Notes: generated by a model from the letters alone, not told the origin. Numbered from the stretch's first letter, positions 1 through 10,371 are shown. The stretch: DNA of 64,000 bases from Acidobacteriota bacterium (GCA_040756905.1 JBFLYD010000057.1:162-64161), one strand, 5' to 3'. Numbers and translations are program-made.

Positions 1-85
1 TATCTCATATTTTCTCTTCCGAGATAGAGGAATGATACTCCTTTGGTTTTTTCTTATCCAATGAAATTGAAAAATTTAGCTGACT

Positions 86-2779
86 TCAAATTTCTATTTC
101 CTCATAAATTATTTCTCTAAAACAAACCTGGTTGCGACCGCTATTTTTGGCTTCATAAAGAGCATCGTCCGCTGCCTTAATTAAATTGTCTATAAGTCTT
201 TCATGGAAAAATCTGGGAGACCTAACAATTCCTATGCCAAGGCTAATGGTTATTTTGAATAATTGATCATCAAATTGAAAAGAAGTATTTTTAACTGATT
301 GTCGCAAATCTTCAGCTAAAGTTTGAGCCCCTTTTAGATCAGTAGAGGGAAGAATAACAGAAAATTCTTCCCCTCCATACCGAGCTAAAGTATCATTGCT
401 TCGTATGCGATTCTTGAGGATTTTGACCATGCTTGTCAGAATATAGTCTCCTGTTCGATGACCGTACTTATCGTTGAATCTTTTAAAGTGATCAATATCC
501 AGTATGATTAGAGCTAAGGAATCTGGATGTTTCCTGCGTATCATTTTTCTTATTTCCTGATTCAGAGTCTCCATAAAAAACCGGCGATTATATATCTTTG
601 TTAACTCATCAGTGATTGCTAGCTCATTTAAGAGTTTACTTTTTTCTTCGAGTTCCCTTGTTCTTTCTCTAATTATTTCTTCAAGAATCTTTTTTTCTCT
701 TTTTATTTTATTAACTCTATATCTGTAACCAGCAACAACCAAAACCAAGAGGCCTATTATTGATACTCCAATAAACCACCAGGTTTCCCAAAAAGGAGGC
801 AGAATGGTAAAATACAATTGAGCCGGAGTTTTTGACCAGTAGCCATCTCCATTTCTCGCTGTAATTTTAAAAGTGTAATGACCATTATTTAGATTGGTAT
901 ATCTTATTTCTCTTTTTTCAGTAATCTTTGACCAATCTTTATCATAACCTTCAAGTCTGTATTGATAGCGAACATCCTGTTCATCTTTAAAGGATAAACC
1001 TATATAGAAGAAATCAATATTGTTTTGGTTATACTTAAATTTTAAATTTTCACTTTGCTCAATGGGTGAATTATTAACCAAAAACTTTTCTATATAAACT
1101 GGAGGAGGCACTTTATTAGGAATATCATTTTGAGGAATATATTTGATCACTCCTTTAGTGATGCCAAACCATATATTCCTTTGAATATCAAGATATAAAG
1201 AATTAGGGGTACATGTTTCATCTCCTACTAAACCTTTTTTTTGATTGTACACTTTAATTACTTTTTCGCCATCAAATATATTTAATCCTTTATCCGTTCC
1301 TAACCATAAATTCCCATCATATTCAATAACAGAAACAATATTATTATCTGATAGGCCATTTTTAGTAGTATAAATGGTAAAATTTTTACCATCAAATTTA
1401 TTTATTCCAAGATTTGTTCCCAACCACAGAATACCTTTTCTATCTCTAAAAATCGTATTTACACGATTATTTGATAATCCCTCATTGGTGGTGTAATTTT
1501 TAAATTTTTTGCCATCGAAACAGGAGGCTCCTCCCTCAGTCGCAAACCAAATCTTATTTCCATCTTGGTAGATGTATCTGACATAATTGTTAACTAAACC
1601 ATTTTTAGTAGTGTAATTAATAAATTTTTTGCCATCAAATTTACTTATTCCTTGAGCTGTAGCTAACCATAAGAAATTCTCAGTGGATAAAATATCTACC
1701 ACAGCGTTGGAAATCAAACCGTCCTTTTGGGTATATTTTTCAAATCTTTTTCCGTCAAAACTATTTAAACCTTCAAATGTAGCAATATAGAGTTTATCCT
1801 TAAATTCAGCTAAATCCCAAATTTGATTACTTGATAATCCATTTTTAGTAGTGTAGGTAATAAAGTCAGTATCAAATTTTATTAAACCATCTTGATACGT
1901 CCCAAACCAAATCGCATTTTTATAATCATAAATTGACATTACTATCTTATTTTCTAAATAATTTAAAAATTTATCAGAGAGAATCTTGCTTATTCCATTA
2001 TTAGTAGTTAACCACACTGAATTTTCTTTATCAATTAGAATGGAATAGATATTATTAGCTATTAAGCCATTTTGAATGTCATATCTTTTAAAATTATCTT
2101 TATGTCGGATAATTCCATCTCCTATTGTCCCAAACCACAAATCTTTACCTAAAGCAGCACAGTAAATATCATCTTCTGGAAAATAATTTATAAATTCGTT
2201 GTTTTCAAATTTAAATAGTCCTCTATCTCTTGTTCCTACCCATAAAATAGAACCCTGTTTTAATAAAGCTCTTACAGTCTTACCATAAAATCCTTCTTTT
2301 TCTCCATAATTCATAAAATTTTTTCCATCAAATCTGGAGAGTCCACCACCACTTGTGCCAATCCAAAGATATTTATCATCAGAGAGAAGGGAATAAATAT
2401 AATTATTCGGCAAGCCATCTTGTGTAGTGTAGGTAATAAATCTTTTTCCATCGAATCTGGAAAGACCTCCTTCACTTGTGCCAAACCATAAATATCCCTG
2501 AAATCTTGATATACACCAGATAGTACCTTTGCCTAATCCATCATTGAAAGTATAATTTCTGAATGTCTTTCCATTAAATTGGCTGAGCCCATTATTCGTT
2601 CCAACCCAGAGAATTTCATTGTCTTTTAATATAGCTCTAACTGTATTATTAATTAAACCATCTGAGACCGTGTAGGTAATAAATTCAGCTCCATTATATT
2701 TTACCAATCCCCCACCAGTACCCAACCAGATATACCCTTTACTATCTTGTAAAATGCACCAGACCTGAGCGCTTGGCAA
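86..2779 (-). CDS. Sensor diguanylate cyclase: long periplasmic beta-propeller/Y_Y_Y-type repeat region, one TM segment, C-terminal GGDEF domain
   Basis: About 15 repeated W/Y-x-GT-x-x-GL blades (GYIWLGT, ILWVGT, LWFGT and similar). TM segment FWETWWFIGVSIIGLLVLVVAGY. Motif RSNDTLARYGGEEF gives an RxxD I-site plus GGEEF active site. The track ORF starts at TTG, but the in-frame upstream sequence (to ~2887) encodes a signal-peptide-like stretch, so the true start is probably upstream. Confidence 0.8.
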   Translation of the reverse strand: MPSAQVWCILQDSKGYIWLGTGGGLVKYNGAEFITYTVSDGLINNTVRAILKDNEILWVGTNNGLSQFNGKTFRNYTFNDGLGKGTIWCISRFQGYLWFGTSEGGLSRFDGKRFITYTTQDGLPNNYIYSLLSDDKYLWIGTSGGGLSRFDGKNFMNYGEKEGFYGKTVRALLKQGSILWVGTRDRGLFKFENNEFINYFPEDDIYCAALGKDLWFGTIGDGIIRHKDNFKRYDIQNGLIANNIYSILIDKENSVWLTTNNGISKILSDKFLNYLENKIVMSIYDYKNAIWFGTYQDGLIKFDTDFITYTTKNGLSSNQIWDLAEFKDKLYIATFEGLNSFDGKRFEKYTQKDGLISNAVVDILSTENFLWLATAQGISKFDGKKFINYTTKNGLVNNYVRYIYQDGNKIWFATEGGASCFDGKKFKNYTTNEGLSNNRVNTIFRDRKGILWLGTNLGINKFDGKNFTIYTTKNGLSDNNIVSVIEYDGNLWLGTDKGLNIFDGEKVIKVYNQKKGLVGDETCTPNSLYLDIQRNIWFGITKGVIKYIPQNDIPNKVPPPVYIEKFLVNNSPIEQSENLKFKYNQNNIDFFYIGLSFKDEQDVRYQYRLEGYDKDWSKITEKREIRYTNLNNGHYTFKITARNGDGYWSKTPAQLYFTILPPFWETWWFIGVSIIGLLVLVVAGYRYRVNKIKREKKILEEIIRERTRELEEKSKLLNELAITDELTKIYNRRFFMETLNQEIRKMIRRKHPDSLALIILDIDHFKRFNDKYGHRTGDYILTSMVKILKNRIRSNDTLARYGGEEFSVILPSTDLKGAQTLAEDLRQSVKNTSFQFDDQLFKITISLGIGIVRSPRFFHERLIDNLIKAADDALYEAKNSGRNQVCFREIIYEEIEI

Positions 2780-3094
2780 GCCATCTTTAGTGGTATAATT
2801 CCTTATATGAAGTCCCTGGGCTAAAATAATATTTTCTAAGACTAAAATTGAAAAAAGGAGGGAATATTTTTTATCATTCTTTTTAATATGGAATCACCTC
2901 AACTCTTCATTTATAATATAATAATTAAAACATAAATTTTCAATATGTAGACTTATTTTCCTTTAATTTAATCTTACTAATTGGTCTTTTTAGCATTTGA
3001 CATCAATTTCTTCCTGTGATATAAACAAAAGATTGATACAGAGCGAGAATCAAAAATATCCACGTCCAAAAAAGAAGACTTTCTATCTAAGGGC

Positions 3095-3119
3095 GTAAAC
3101 CTAATTTTTTAAGGTTTGC
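3095..3119. promoter_or_regulatory. BirA operator-like inverted repeat (GTAAACC-N11-GGTTTGC) just upstream of the bioB start and overlapping its RBS region
   Basis: Imperfect palindrome gtaaacc taattttttaa ggtttgc at 3095-3119, ending 4 nt before the bioB ATG. It resembles the TGTAAACC/GGTTTACA half-sites of bio operators. Confidence 0.3.
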
Positions 3120-3123
3120 AATT

Positions 3124-4071
3124 ATGAGTATCGGAGCAAAAGAGGCTTTAGAACTTCTTAAAGCTGAAGGGCGAGAATTTTTTGAACTCATGCATACTGC
3201 AAATACTAAGAGAATTGAAAACAAGGGAAACGAAATTTCCTTATGCGGAATTGTAAATGCAAAGAGTGGTCTATGCGGTGAAGACTGTAGCTTTTGTGCC
3301 CAATCAGTACATCATGATACTGATGTAAAAACTTATCCGCTTTTAGGAGAAACGGAAATTTTAAGAGCCGCCAGGGAAGCTCAAGATAATGGCGTGAGGG
3401 AATTTTCAATCGTTACAAGTGGTAAAGGCATTCGTAGAAAGAAGGAAATCGAGTCATTAAAAAAAACTATCAGTGAGATTGCAAAAAAATTGAAATTGGA
3501 GCGCTGTTCTTCTCTCGGAATCGTAAGGAGAGAAACCCTCCTTGCCCTTAAAGAAGCCGGGCTTCAATCCTATCATCACAATCTTGAAACAGCACGGTCA
3601 TTCTTCCCGAAAATCTGTACAACTCGTTCCTACGATGAGAATATTAAGGTTGTTATCAATGCAAAAGAATTGGGGCTTAAGGTTTGCTGTGGAGGGATTT
3701 TTGGAATGGGAGAAAGTGATGAGCAAATTGTGGAATTCGTTCAGACACTTAATGAACTTGATATTGATAGTATTCCAATAAATTTCTTAAATCCTATACC
3801 AAAAACCCCGTTAGCTAATACAAATTTCCTCAATCCGGAAAGGTGTCTTAAAATAATTGCTGTTATACGGATTCTTTTCCCAAAAAAGGACATTTTTGTC
3901 TGTGGAGGAAGAGAGGTGAACTTAAGGCAACTCCAACCTCTTATCTTTCTGGCTGGTGCTAATGGAATGATTACTGGAAACTACCTCACTACCAAGGGAA
4001 GAGGATACCTTGCTGACATGGAAATGATAAATGACATGGGGCTCAAAGTAAAGGGATATGAGAGAACATAA
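3124..4071 (+). CDS. bioB: Biotin synthase (radical SAM)
   Basis: CGEDCSFCAQS radical SAM CxxxCxxC motif, typical BioB length, first gene of a bioBFAD cluster. Confidence 0.9.
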   Translation: MSIGAKEALELLKAEGREFFELMHTANTKRIENKGNEISLCGIVNAKSGLCGEDCSFCAQSVHHDTDVKTYPLLGETEILRAAREAQDNGVREFSIVTSGKGIRRKKEIESLKKTISEIAKKLKLERCSSLGIVRRETLLALKEAGLQSYHHNLETARSFFPKICTTRSYDENIKVVINAKELGLKVCCGGIFGMGESDEQIVEFVQTLNELDIDSIPINFLNPIPKTPLANTNFLNPERCLKIIAVIRILFPKKDIFVCGGREVNLRQLQPLIFLAGANGMITGNYLTTKGRGYLADMEMINDMGLKVKGYERT

Positions 4072-5230
4072 ATTTAAAGACCAACTAAAGATTGAATTAA
4101 GAAAGCTTGCATCTAAAAATCTTTTAAGAGATATGGTGGAAATTTCAAGTCCACAGGGGAGTAATGTTAGTATCATGGGAAGGAATTTCTTGCTTTTCTG
4201 CAGTAATAACTATCTCGGGCTTGCAAATCATCCCGATATCATAAGAGCTTCAATTGAATATGCCAAGCGCTACGGCGTTGGCAGTGGAGCGAGTCGTCTG
4301 ATATCCGGAACAATGACCCCTCATGTTGAGCTTGAGGAGAAATTAAAGAAATTTTTGAGTGCTGAGAAAACTCTTCTATTCAATAGCGGTTATCATGCGA
4401 ATGTTGGAACAATCTCGGCCATCGCTCAAGAAGGGGACACAATATTTTCTGACGAGCTCAATCACGCGAGCATAATTGACGGCTGCAGACTCTCAAAAGC
4501 AAAATGCATTATTTACCCTCACAGAAATGTTGAAGTGCTAGAGAATTTGATGAAGAAGGAAAGGAAAAGAAATGGGAAGGGGAAATCCATTATCGTAAGT
4601 GAAAGTTTATTCAGCATGGATGGGAACATTGCACCAATTGTGGAGCTTGTCGCTCTGAAGAAGAGATTTGGTGCAGTGCTCATTCTTGACGAAGCACATG
4701 CTTTTGGGGTAATAGGAAAAGGGGGGAAAGGTGTGGCTGAGCAAAATGGGGTTGAAAGAGAGGTTGATATTAAAATAGGAACACTCGGAAAAGCATTTGG
4801 ATGTTTTGGGGCTTTCGTAGTTTCAGATGCAACTACAATCAATTTTTTAATGAACAAAGCACGATCTTTCATCTACACAACATCCTTGCCTCCTCCCATT
4901 GTTGGTGCGGCGATAAAAGCAATTTCTCTCGCAGAAGAAGCTGAAGACAAGAGAATACAAATAAGAAAAAATATTGAGCAAATAAGAGGTGCGCTCAGCA
5001 ATCTTAATGGAATAAAAGTAGAAAATCATATATTCACGATTATTTTTGGAAGTTCAAAACAGGCCCTAATGCAAGCATGGAAACTATTTGAAAAAGGCAT
5101 ATTTGCGCAATCAATAAGACCACCAACAGTAAAACCAGGAACAGCCAGAATAAGATTTTCCATCACTTCAGAACATAAGGAAGAGGATATATATTTTCTG
5201 ACTCAAAGTCTTTTCTCAATATTTAATTAA
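4058..5230 (+). CDS. bioF: 8-amino-7-oxononanoate synthase (PLP-dependent)
   Basis: Class II aminotransferase-like alpha-oxoamine synthase motifs (GSGASRLISGT; the GTLGKA lysine region). Sits between bioB and bioA. Confidence 0.8.
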   Translation: MREHKFKDQLKIELRKLASKNLLRDMVEISSPQGSNVSIMGRNFLLFCSNNYLGLANHPDIIRASIEYAKRYGVGSGASRLISGTMTPHVELEEKLKKFLSAEKTLLFNSGYHANVGTISAIAQEGDTIFSDELNHASIIDGCRLSKAKCIIYPHRNVEVLENLMKKERKRNGKGKSIIVSESLFSMDGNIAPIVELVALKKRFGAVLILDEAHAFGVIGKGGKGVAEQNGVEREVDIKIGTLGKAFGCFGAFVVSDATTINFLMNKARSFIYTTSLPPPIVGAAIKAISLAEEAEDKRIQIRKNIEQIRGALSNLNGIKVENHIFTIIFGSSKQALMQAWKLFEKGIFAQSIRPPTVKPGTARIRFSITSEHKEEDIYFLTQSLFSIFN

Positions 5231-5327
5231 ACGCTCATGAGTCAGAGGCTCGTAAAGAAGCATGAAAATATTATTCCTCCTCCCTGCATCTCAAATAAAA
5301 GAGTGAGAGGGTAAGGGTATTTGCGGA

Positions 5328-6701
5328 TTGAAGTTACAAAAGAGTTCAGAAAAAAAGCGCCTAATTGAATGGGATAAACGCTACATCTGGCATCCATTCA
5401 CACAAATGTCAGAATGGCTTGCCTCTGAGCCTCTCATCATAGAAAAAGCTGAAGGGAACTACCTAATTGACATTGAAGGTAGACGCTACCTTGACGGTGT
5501 CTCATCTTTGTGGGTGAACAGATGGGGACACAATAACAGAGAAATCAACTCTGCCATCGTAAAGCAGATTGAGAATGTTTCCCACACAACTTTTTTAGGA
5601 CTATCCTCCCCTGCCCCTATAATACTCGCAAAAATGCTCACAGAGTTTCTGCCCAAAAGCCTGTCAAAAGTTTTTTTCTCCGATAATGGTTCAACTGCAG
5701 TGGAAGTCGCCCTGAAGATTTCATTCCAGTACTGGCAAAATAAGGGAGGTAAGGCAACAAAAAAGACAAAGTTTGTATCACTCAAATATGGCTATCATGG
5801 GGACACTATTGGCGTGGTATCTATTGGAGGGATTGACCTTTTTCACAAAATTTATCGTCCCCTCCTTTTTGAGTCTTACAAAGTTGAATCCCCATATTGC
5901 TACAGATGCGCATATAGTCTGAATCCCATAGACTGTGACCTTCGCTGTGCAAACTATGTTGAAGAAATCTTTGCAGAAAGAAAAAGTGAGATAGCCGCTC
6001 TCATTATGGAGCCTTTAGTTCAAGCTGCAGGAGGGATAATTGTGCATCCGAAAGGCTTCCTGAAGAGAATTTCGGAATTTTGTGCTGAGTATGGCGTACT
6101 ACTTATTCTGGATGAAGTTGCAACAGGTTTTGGAATAACTGGAAGCCTTTTTGCCTTTGAACAGGAAAATGTCATCCCTGACATTTTATGCATTGCAAAA
6201 GCGCTTTCAGGTGGATATCTTCCAATTGCGGCAACCATTACCAGCGAAAAAATCTTCCGAGAATTTTTGGGACTCTATTCGGAAAAAACTTTTTTCCACG
6301 GACATACATACACCGCAAATCCTTTGGCAGCAGCCGCAGGAATTGCAAATCTAAAACTTTTTAGGAATGTCACCAAAATCAAAAAAAAGATTTTGGTTTT
6401 CCAACAACTTCTTACACGGTTAAAGAACTTTCCTTTTGTAGGTGATATAAGACAGAAAGGATTAATTGCAGGGATTGAACTTGTGGCAAACAAAGAAACC
6501 AAAGAAGAATTTCCAATCGAAGAGAGAGTTGGGCACAAAGTTTGTATGAAAGTTAGAGAAAAGGGAGTAATCCTTAGGCCTCTCGGAAATGTCATCGTAA
6601 TTATTCCGCCTCTATCCATAAAGGAGGTAGAATTAAAAAAAATAATTGATGCCATTAGATGGGCATTGGAAGAAACTTTCAAAGGGCTGAAAGGGAAGTG
6701 A
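5328..6701 (+). CDS. bioA: Adenosylmethionine-8-amino-7-oxononanoate aminotransferase
   Basis: Class III aminotransferase signature (DEVATGFGITG, AKALSGGYLPIAA, FFHGHTYTANP). Operon context. Confidence 0.85.
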   Translation: MKLQKSSEKKRLIEWDKRYIWHPFTQMSEWLASEPLIIEKAEGNYLIDIEGRRYLDGVSSLWVNRWGHNNREINSAIVKQIENVSHTTFLGLSSPAPIILAKMLTEFLPKSLSKVFFSDNGSTAVEVALKISFQYWQNKGGKATKKTKFVSLKYGYHGDTIGVVSIGGIDLFHKIYRPLLFESYKVESPYCYRCAYSLNPIDCDLRCANYVEEIFAERKSEIAALIMEPLVQAAGGIIVHPKGFLKRISEFCAEYGVLLILDEVATGFGITGSLFAFEQENVIPDILCIAKALSGGYLPIAATITSEKIFREFLGLYSEKTFFHGHTYTANPLAAAAGIANLKLFRNVTKIKKKILVFQQLLTRLKNFPFVGDIRQKGLIAGIELVANKETKEEFPIEERVGHKVCMKVREKGVILRPLGNVIVIIPPLSIKEVELKKIIDAIRWALEETFKGLKGK

Positions 6702-7423
6702 TGGGAGGGGGCGTTTTCATCACAGGAACTGACACAAATGTGGGAAAGACTTTTGTGGTTTGTGCTCTCGGACACGCATTGAAAAAAAAATTTTCCAATC
6801 TATTTTATTTTAAGCCAATAGAAACTGGCTGCAGGAAAAGAGGCGGAAAGCTCATCCCCTCTGACACAATAAGTGTATTAAACTCCCTTCGATTGAAGAT
6901 GCCTATCAGTCAGGCATCCCCCATAAGATTTGTAACTCCAGCGGCTCCCTATATCTCGGCTAAAGTTGAACACAAAAAAATATCTATAAGAAGAATCCTT
7001 AGCTGCTACAAAAAAATCAGAAAAAAAAGTGATTTTGTTATTGTTGAAGGAGCAGGTGGAATTAATGTTCCAATAACAGAAGACTATTTTTACATAGATT
7101 TGATCAACGATATGAAAATTCCAGCGCTTCTCGTAGTAAAAGAAAAATTGGGAATGATAAATCATACCCTTTTAACTCTTGAAGGATTAAGCTCCAGAGG
7201 AGTAGAAGTGGTCGGCGTTATTTTTAACCGAAGCGAGAACTACAAATATCAAAAAGACGAGTATGAATTAAGGTCCAAAGACATTGAATTCATAGCCAAC
7301 CACGCCGGGATTAAAATTTTAGTTAGAATACCATTTGTAAAGGAAAGAAAAAACATCCAGGAAATTCCAGAGGTGCTTAAGCCTATCATTTTAAATCTAT
7401 GTCTTCAGAAAATCTCTTTATAA
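6701..7423 (+). CDS. bioD: Dethiobiotin synthetase
   Basis: P-loop GTDTNVGKT near the N-terminus. The ATG at 6701 overlaps the bioA stop (TGATG), suggesting translational coupling. The track ORF began at 6659 inside bioA. Confidence 0.8.
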   Translation: MGGGVFITGTDTNVGKTFVVCALGHALKKKFSNLFYFKPIETGCRKRGGKLIPSDTISVLNSLRLKMPISQASPIRFVTPAAPYISAKVEHKKISIRRILSCYKKIRKKSDFVIVEGAGGINVPITEDYFYIDLINDMKIPALLVVKEKLGMINHTLLTLEGLSSRGVEVVGVIFNRSENYKYQKDEYELRSKDIEFIANHAGIKILVRIPFVKERKNIQEIPEVLKPIILNLCLQKISL

Positions 7424-7551
7424 TCTTCAGAGAAAGAACCAGAGTAATAGTTCTATAATCAATTTTCTTCTGGGGCACCATATATCTTTTCCACTAATCA
7501 AGCATATAGTCTATTGCATTCAATTTTCCTTTCTTTTGTGTTGTTACTTTT

Positions 7552-8487
7552 TCAGAGTTTCTGGAGATGATAAGTGTAGCTATCCTTTATAAATTCCTTT
7601 TTTCTCTTATAATTTGTTATATATTGCCCACAGTTACTGCCAATATAATTCTCTTCCAATTCTCCTATGCTCAGGAGAACCTCATAGCCAGCTCTACATA
7701 GGGCATCAATTATTGGGTATTCCTTTTTCTCTGGCAAAATATGGGAAGATATTTTATTTTTGGTCGCCTGATGTGTAGGATTTACTGGAGTTATCTTGAT
7801 TAAAAATTTATCTGGGTTAAAATGGTGTAAAAGAATATCTGGGTTAACAGGCATCCCATTAGCCAAAGCAAAATTAAGGGCTATTTTTCTGTCACCCTTT
7901 TCATAAAATATATCTCCGTATTCTGCCATTTTTCCAAAATCCCATTTTTTTACAGGAACAAGCCACTTCCTTAATTTTACATCTGTGGTATGAATAGAGA
8001 ACTGAAATTGAAATTTTCCTCTATAATATCTCTTTTTAATATCCAGCAATCTTTTAAAAAATTTATCTGTCCCCTCAGGTGCAATTGTAGAAATAGATGG
8101 TATAAGCCCAGGAGCATTGCATAAATCAGGGAGCTCCATAAGTACATCAAGGACATCTTGATTAAAGGCTGGTTCCCCCATTCTTGCAAATTGAATCTTA
8201 AACTTTTCAACAGACACTCTCCTTTCAGGGAAACGCATTTTTATTAGATAATCAATCTGAAATACTATCTCATCTTTAGAAAGCTTTCCCTGAAAATTAC
8301 CCCCAGCATCACAAAAGCGACAGCTTACCGGGCAACCATACAAGGTGGATACAATCAAAACCCATTTCTTTTCTCGTGGCAGTGGAGGTTGAACCGATTC
8401 AACAAATTCTATTTGTTTACCTTTATCCATTTCTGCGATATAGATCATGGCAATATCTTCTCTTCCAACTTTTGCAACTATCTTCAT
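7552..8487 (-). CDS. Radical SAM protein of unknown function (no SPASM-type extra Cys cluster)
   Basis: CPVSCRFCDAGG gives a CxxxCxxC motif, plus a glycine-rich GEPAFN region. Last gene of a 4-gene minus-strand operon. Confidence 0.65.
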   Translation of the reverse strand: MKIVAKVGREDIAMIYIAEMDKGKQIEFVESVQPPLPREKKWVLIVSTLYGCPVSCRFCDAGGNFQGKLSKDEIVFQIDYLIKMRFPERRVSVEKFKIQFARMGEPAFNQDVLDVLMELPDLCNAPGLIPSISTIAPEGTDKFFKRLLDIKKRYYRGKFQFQFSIHTTDVKLRKWLVPVKKWDFGKMAEYGDIFYEKGDRKIALNFALANGMPVNPDILLHHFNPDKFLIKITPVNPTHQATKNKISSHILPEKKEYPIIDALCRAGYEVLLSIGELEENYIGSNCGQYITNYKRKKEFIKDSYTYHLQKL

Positions 8488-9377
8488 GAGTTTTCTCCTA
8501 TTATTTTTTTGTGAATTTCCATAGCAGATTTAACACCATCTCCTACACAAATAGCAGTTTGTCTATAGACTTCATTTTTAACATCACCCACCATAAAAAG
8601 CATTTTTACCTTTATAAGTTTTTCAAATTTTTTCTTAAGATTAATACTCAAAAAATCAAGATGAGGCCTTCTTCCAATAGAGATAACCAGATAATCTACA
8701 TAGATTTGCTCTTTTTTCCAGTTTCCATAATGATTACAAATTATCAGTAGCCCATTCTCTACATCTTTTATTTCCTCCACATTAATGCTATCCAAATAGG
8801 AAATATTCTCGGTTTTCATACATCTATTCCATAAGGCAGGAATACACCTCGCTTTATTATTCTTGTTTAAGATTATAACCTCATTCCTTTGAGAGAGAGT
8901 AAGAGCATAATCGAATGCTCCATCACCACCTCCAATAATCGCAATCTTCTTGTTTATTGCTTCAGCCATAGAATGAATCTCATAAAATACTCGGTTTTTG
9001 AGCTCTTCTGGGATTTTTGGAACTGAAAGTCTCAGAGACTCTGTGCCAGAGGCAATAACTACAATGCGAGAGATTATTGTTCTTTTATCAGTGCGAACAA
9101 AAAATACTTTGTTCATATAATCGAGTTCTAACACCTCCTCAAAATGGACTTTAATTCCAGCATTTTCCAGTTGTTTTCTAAAAAGTTTTACAAGTTCTTG
9201 TCCAGGAATTCCCTCTGGAAAGCCAGGATAGTTCTCTACCAAATTAGCATTCCTTAGAAGTCCACCAATTTCATCTTTTTCTAAAAGAATGGGTTCAATT
9301 TCATAACGCTTTAGCTGAATTGCTGTTGCTATTCCTGAGGGTCCTGCCCCTATTATAACCACATCGTTAATATCCAA
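8484..9377 (-). CDS. FAD/NAD(P)-binding oxidoreductase with a thioredoxin-reductase-like fold, lacking a redox-active CxxC
   Basis: N-terminal VVIIGAGPSGIATAI dinucleotide motif and a second IAIIGGGDGAFDYA motif. No CAxC disulfide pair. Overlaps the radical SAM start by 4 nt. Confidence 0.6.
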   Translation of the reverse strand: MDINDVVIIGAGPSGIATAIQLKRYEIEPILLEKDEIGGLLRNANLVENYPGFPEGIPGQELVKLFRKQLENAGIKVHFEEVLELDYMNKVFFVRTDKRTIISRIVVIASGTESLRLSVPKIPEELKNRVFYEIHSMAEAINKKIAIIGGGDGAFDYALTLSQRNEVIILNKNNKARCIPALWNRCMKTENISYLDSINVEEIKDVENGLLIICNHYGNWKKEQIYVDYLVISIGRRPHLDFLSINLKKKFEKLIKVKMLFMVGDVKNEVYRQTAICVGDGVKSAMEIHKKIIGENS

Positions 9378-9378
9378 T

Positions 9379-10035
9379 TTAAGATGCCTCTAAGCATTTT
9401 TGTAGTTCTTTAATGAGAATAGGTATGGAAAAACCATGAGACAGATTAAGGAAAGCCGCCCAATGAAATTCTTGGCTATAGGTTGCAGTCCCATCTATCG
9501 GGAAAAAGACCCTATAACCTCTAACAAAGGCAGATCTTGCTGTTGTCTCACAGCAAAGGTGCGTCATTACTCCAGTTATTACAACCTGTGTTACCCCTTT
9601 TTCTTTTAGCAAATTTTCAAGGGGTGTATTGTAGAATGCGTCATATTGCGTCTTTTTGATAACTATTGCCCTGGGAAGACTAAACTCAGGAATAATCTCA
9701 CTCAAGACATTTTCTTCCATTATCAAATCTTTCCACCATTCTCTCATAAGCTTTGCATCCCGATGATTGTTAAGATGGCGCGTTAAGATAACTGGCAGAT
9801 TCGCTTTGAGGAAGGCATTCGATAGATCTTTAATCCTTGGTATAATTGGTAAAGAGCTTGGAACATAGGCATGGGAGCTTCCATCGAGAAAATATCGTTG
9901 CATGTCAAGAATTAAAAGGGCAGAATGCTCAGGAATGAAGGTAATTTTGTGTTGTTCTCTATATTTCCTCAATTTCTGAAGCATTTGCCAAGATCTTTCA
10001 TCAATAGTTTCCGAACTAAAATAACTTTCTCTCAT
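9379..10035 (-). CDS. Isochorismatase-family cysteine hydrolase (nicotinamidase-like)
   Basis: VVITGVMTHLCCETTARSA conserved catalytic Cys region of the isochorismatase/PncA family. Confidence 0.6.
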   Translation of the reverse strand: MRESYFSSETIDERSWQMLQKLRKYREQHKITFIPEHSALLILDMQRYFLDGSSHAYVPSSLPIIPRIKDLSNAFLKANLPVILTRHLNNHRDAKLMREWWKDLIMEENVLSEIIPEFSLPRAIVIKKTQYDAFYNTPLENLLKEKGVTQVVITGVMTHLCCETTARSAFVRGYRVFFPIDGTATYSQEFHWAAFLNLSHGFSIPILIKELQKCLEAS

Positions 10036-10221
10036 TTAATCTTCCTCGCTATTATGAAGACGTATTTTCTTTCGATTAGTAATTAGAATTTCATATTTTA
10101 ATTTATCAAGATTTAACACTTCTATTTCTTTTATGACATTTCCTTTCTCTTCGTCTTTAAATTGACCTGCCTTTATTTCCATTCTTAAAATTTTATCATT
10201 TTTCTTTTTTTTATTAAACAA
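10036..10221 (-). CDS. Small K/E-rich hypothetical protein (61 aa), stop abutting the start of the hydrolase gene
   Basis: ORF only. Its position directly upstream in the same operon is the sole support. Confidence 0.2.
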   Translation of the reverse strand: MFNKKKKNDKILRMEIKAGQFKDEEKGNVIKEIEVLNLDKLKYEILITNRKKIRLHNSEED

Positions 10222-10371
10222 TATGAATTCTGAAAGACCTCACTACATAATACAATAATATTTGACCCTTCCTGAGTCCTTAGAAATAATTAAAATTCCT
10301 ACCGAAAATAATTTTAGTTTGAATATCTAAATCATTAGATTCTGAAAATATCTGAATTTAAAATATATTTT

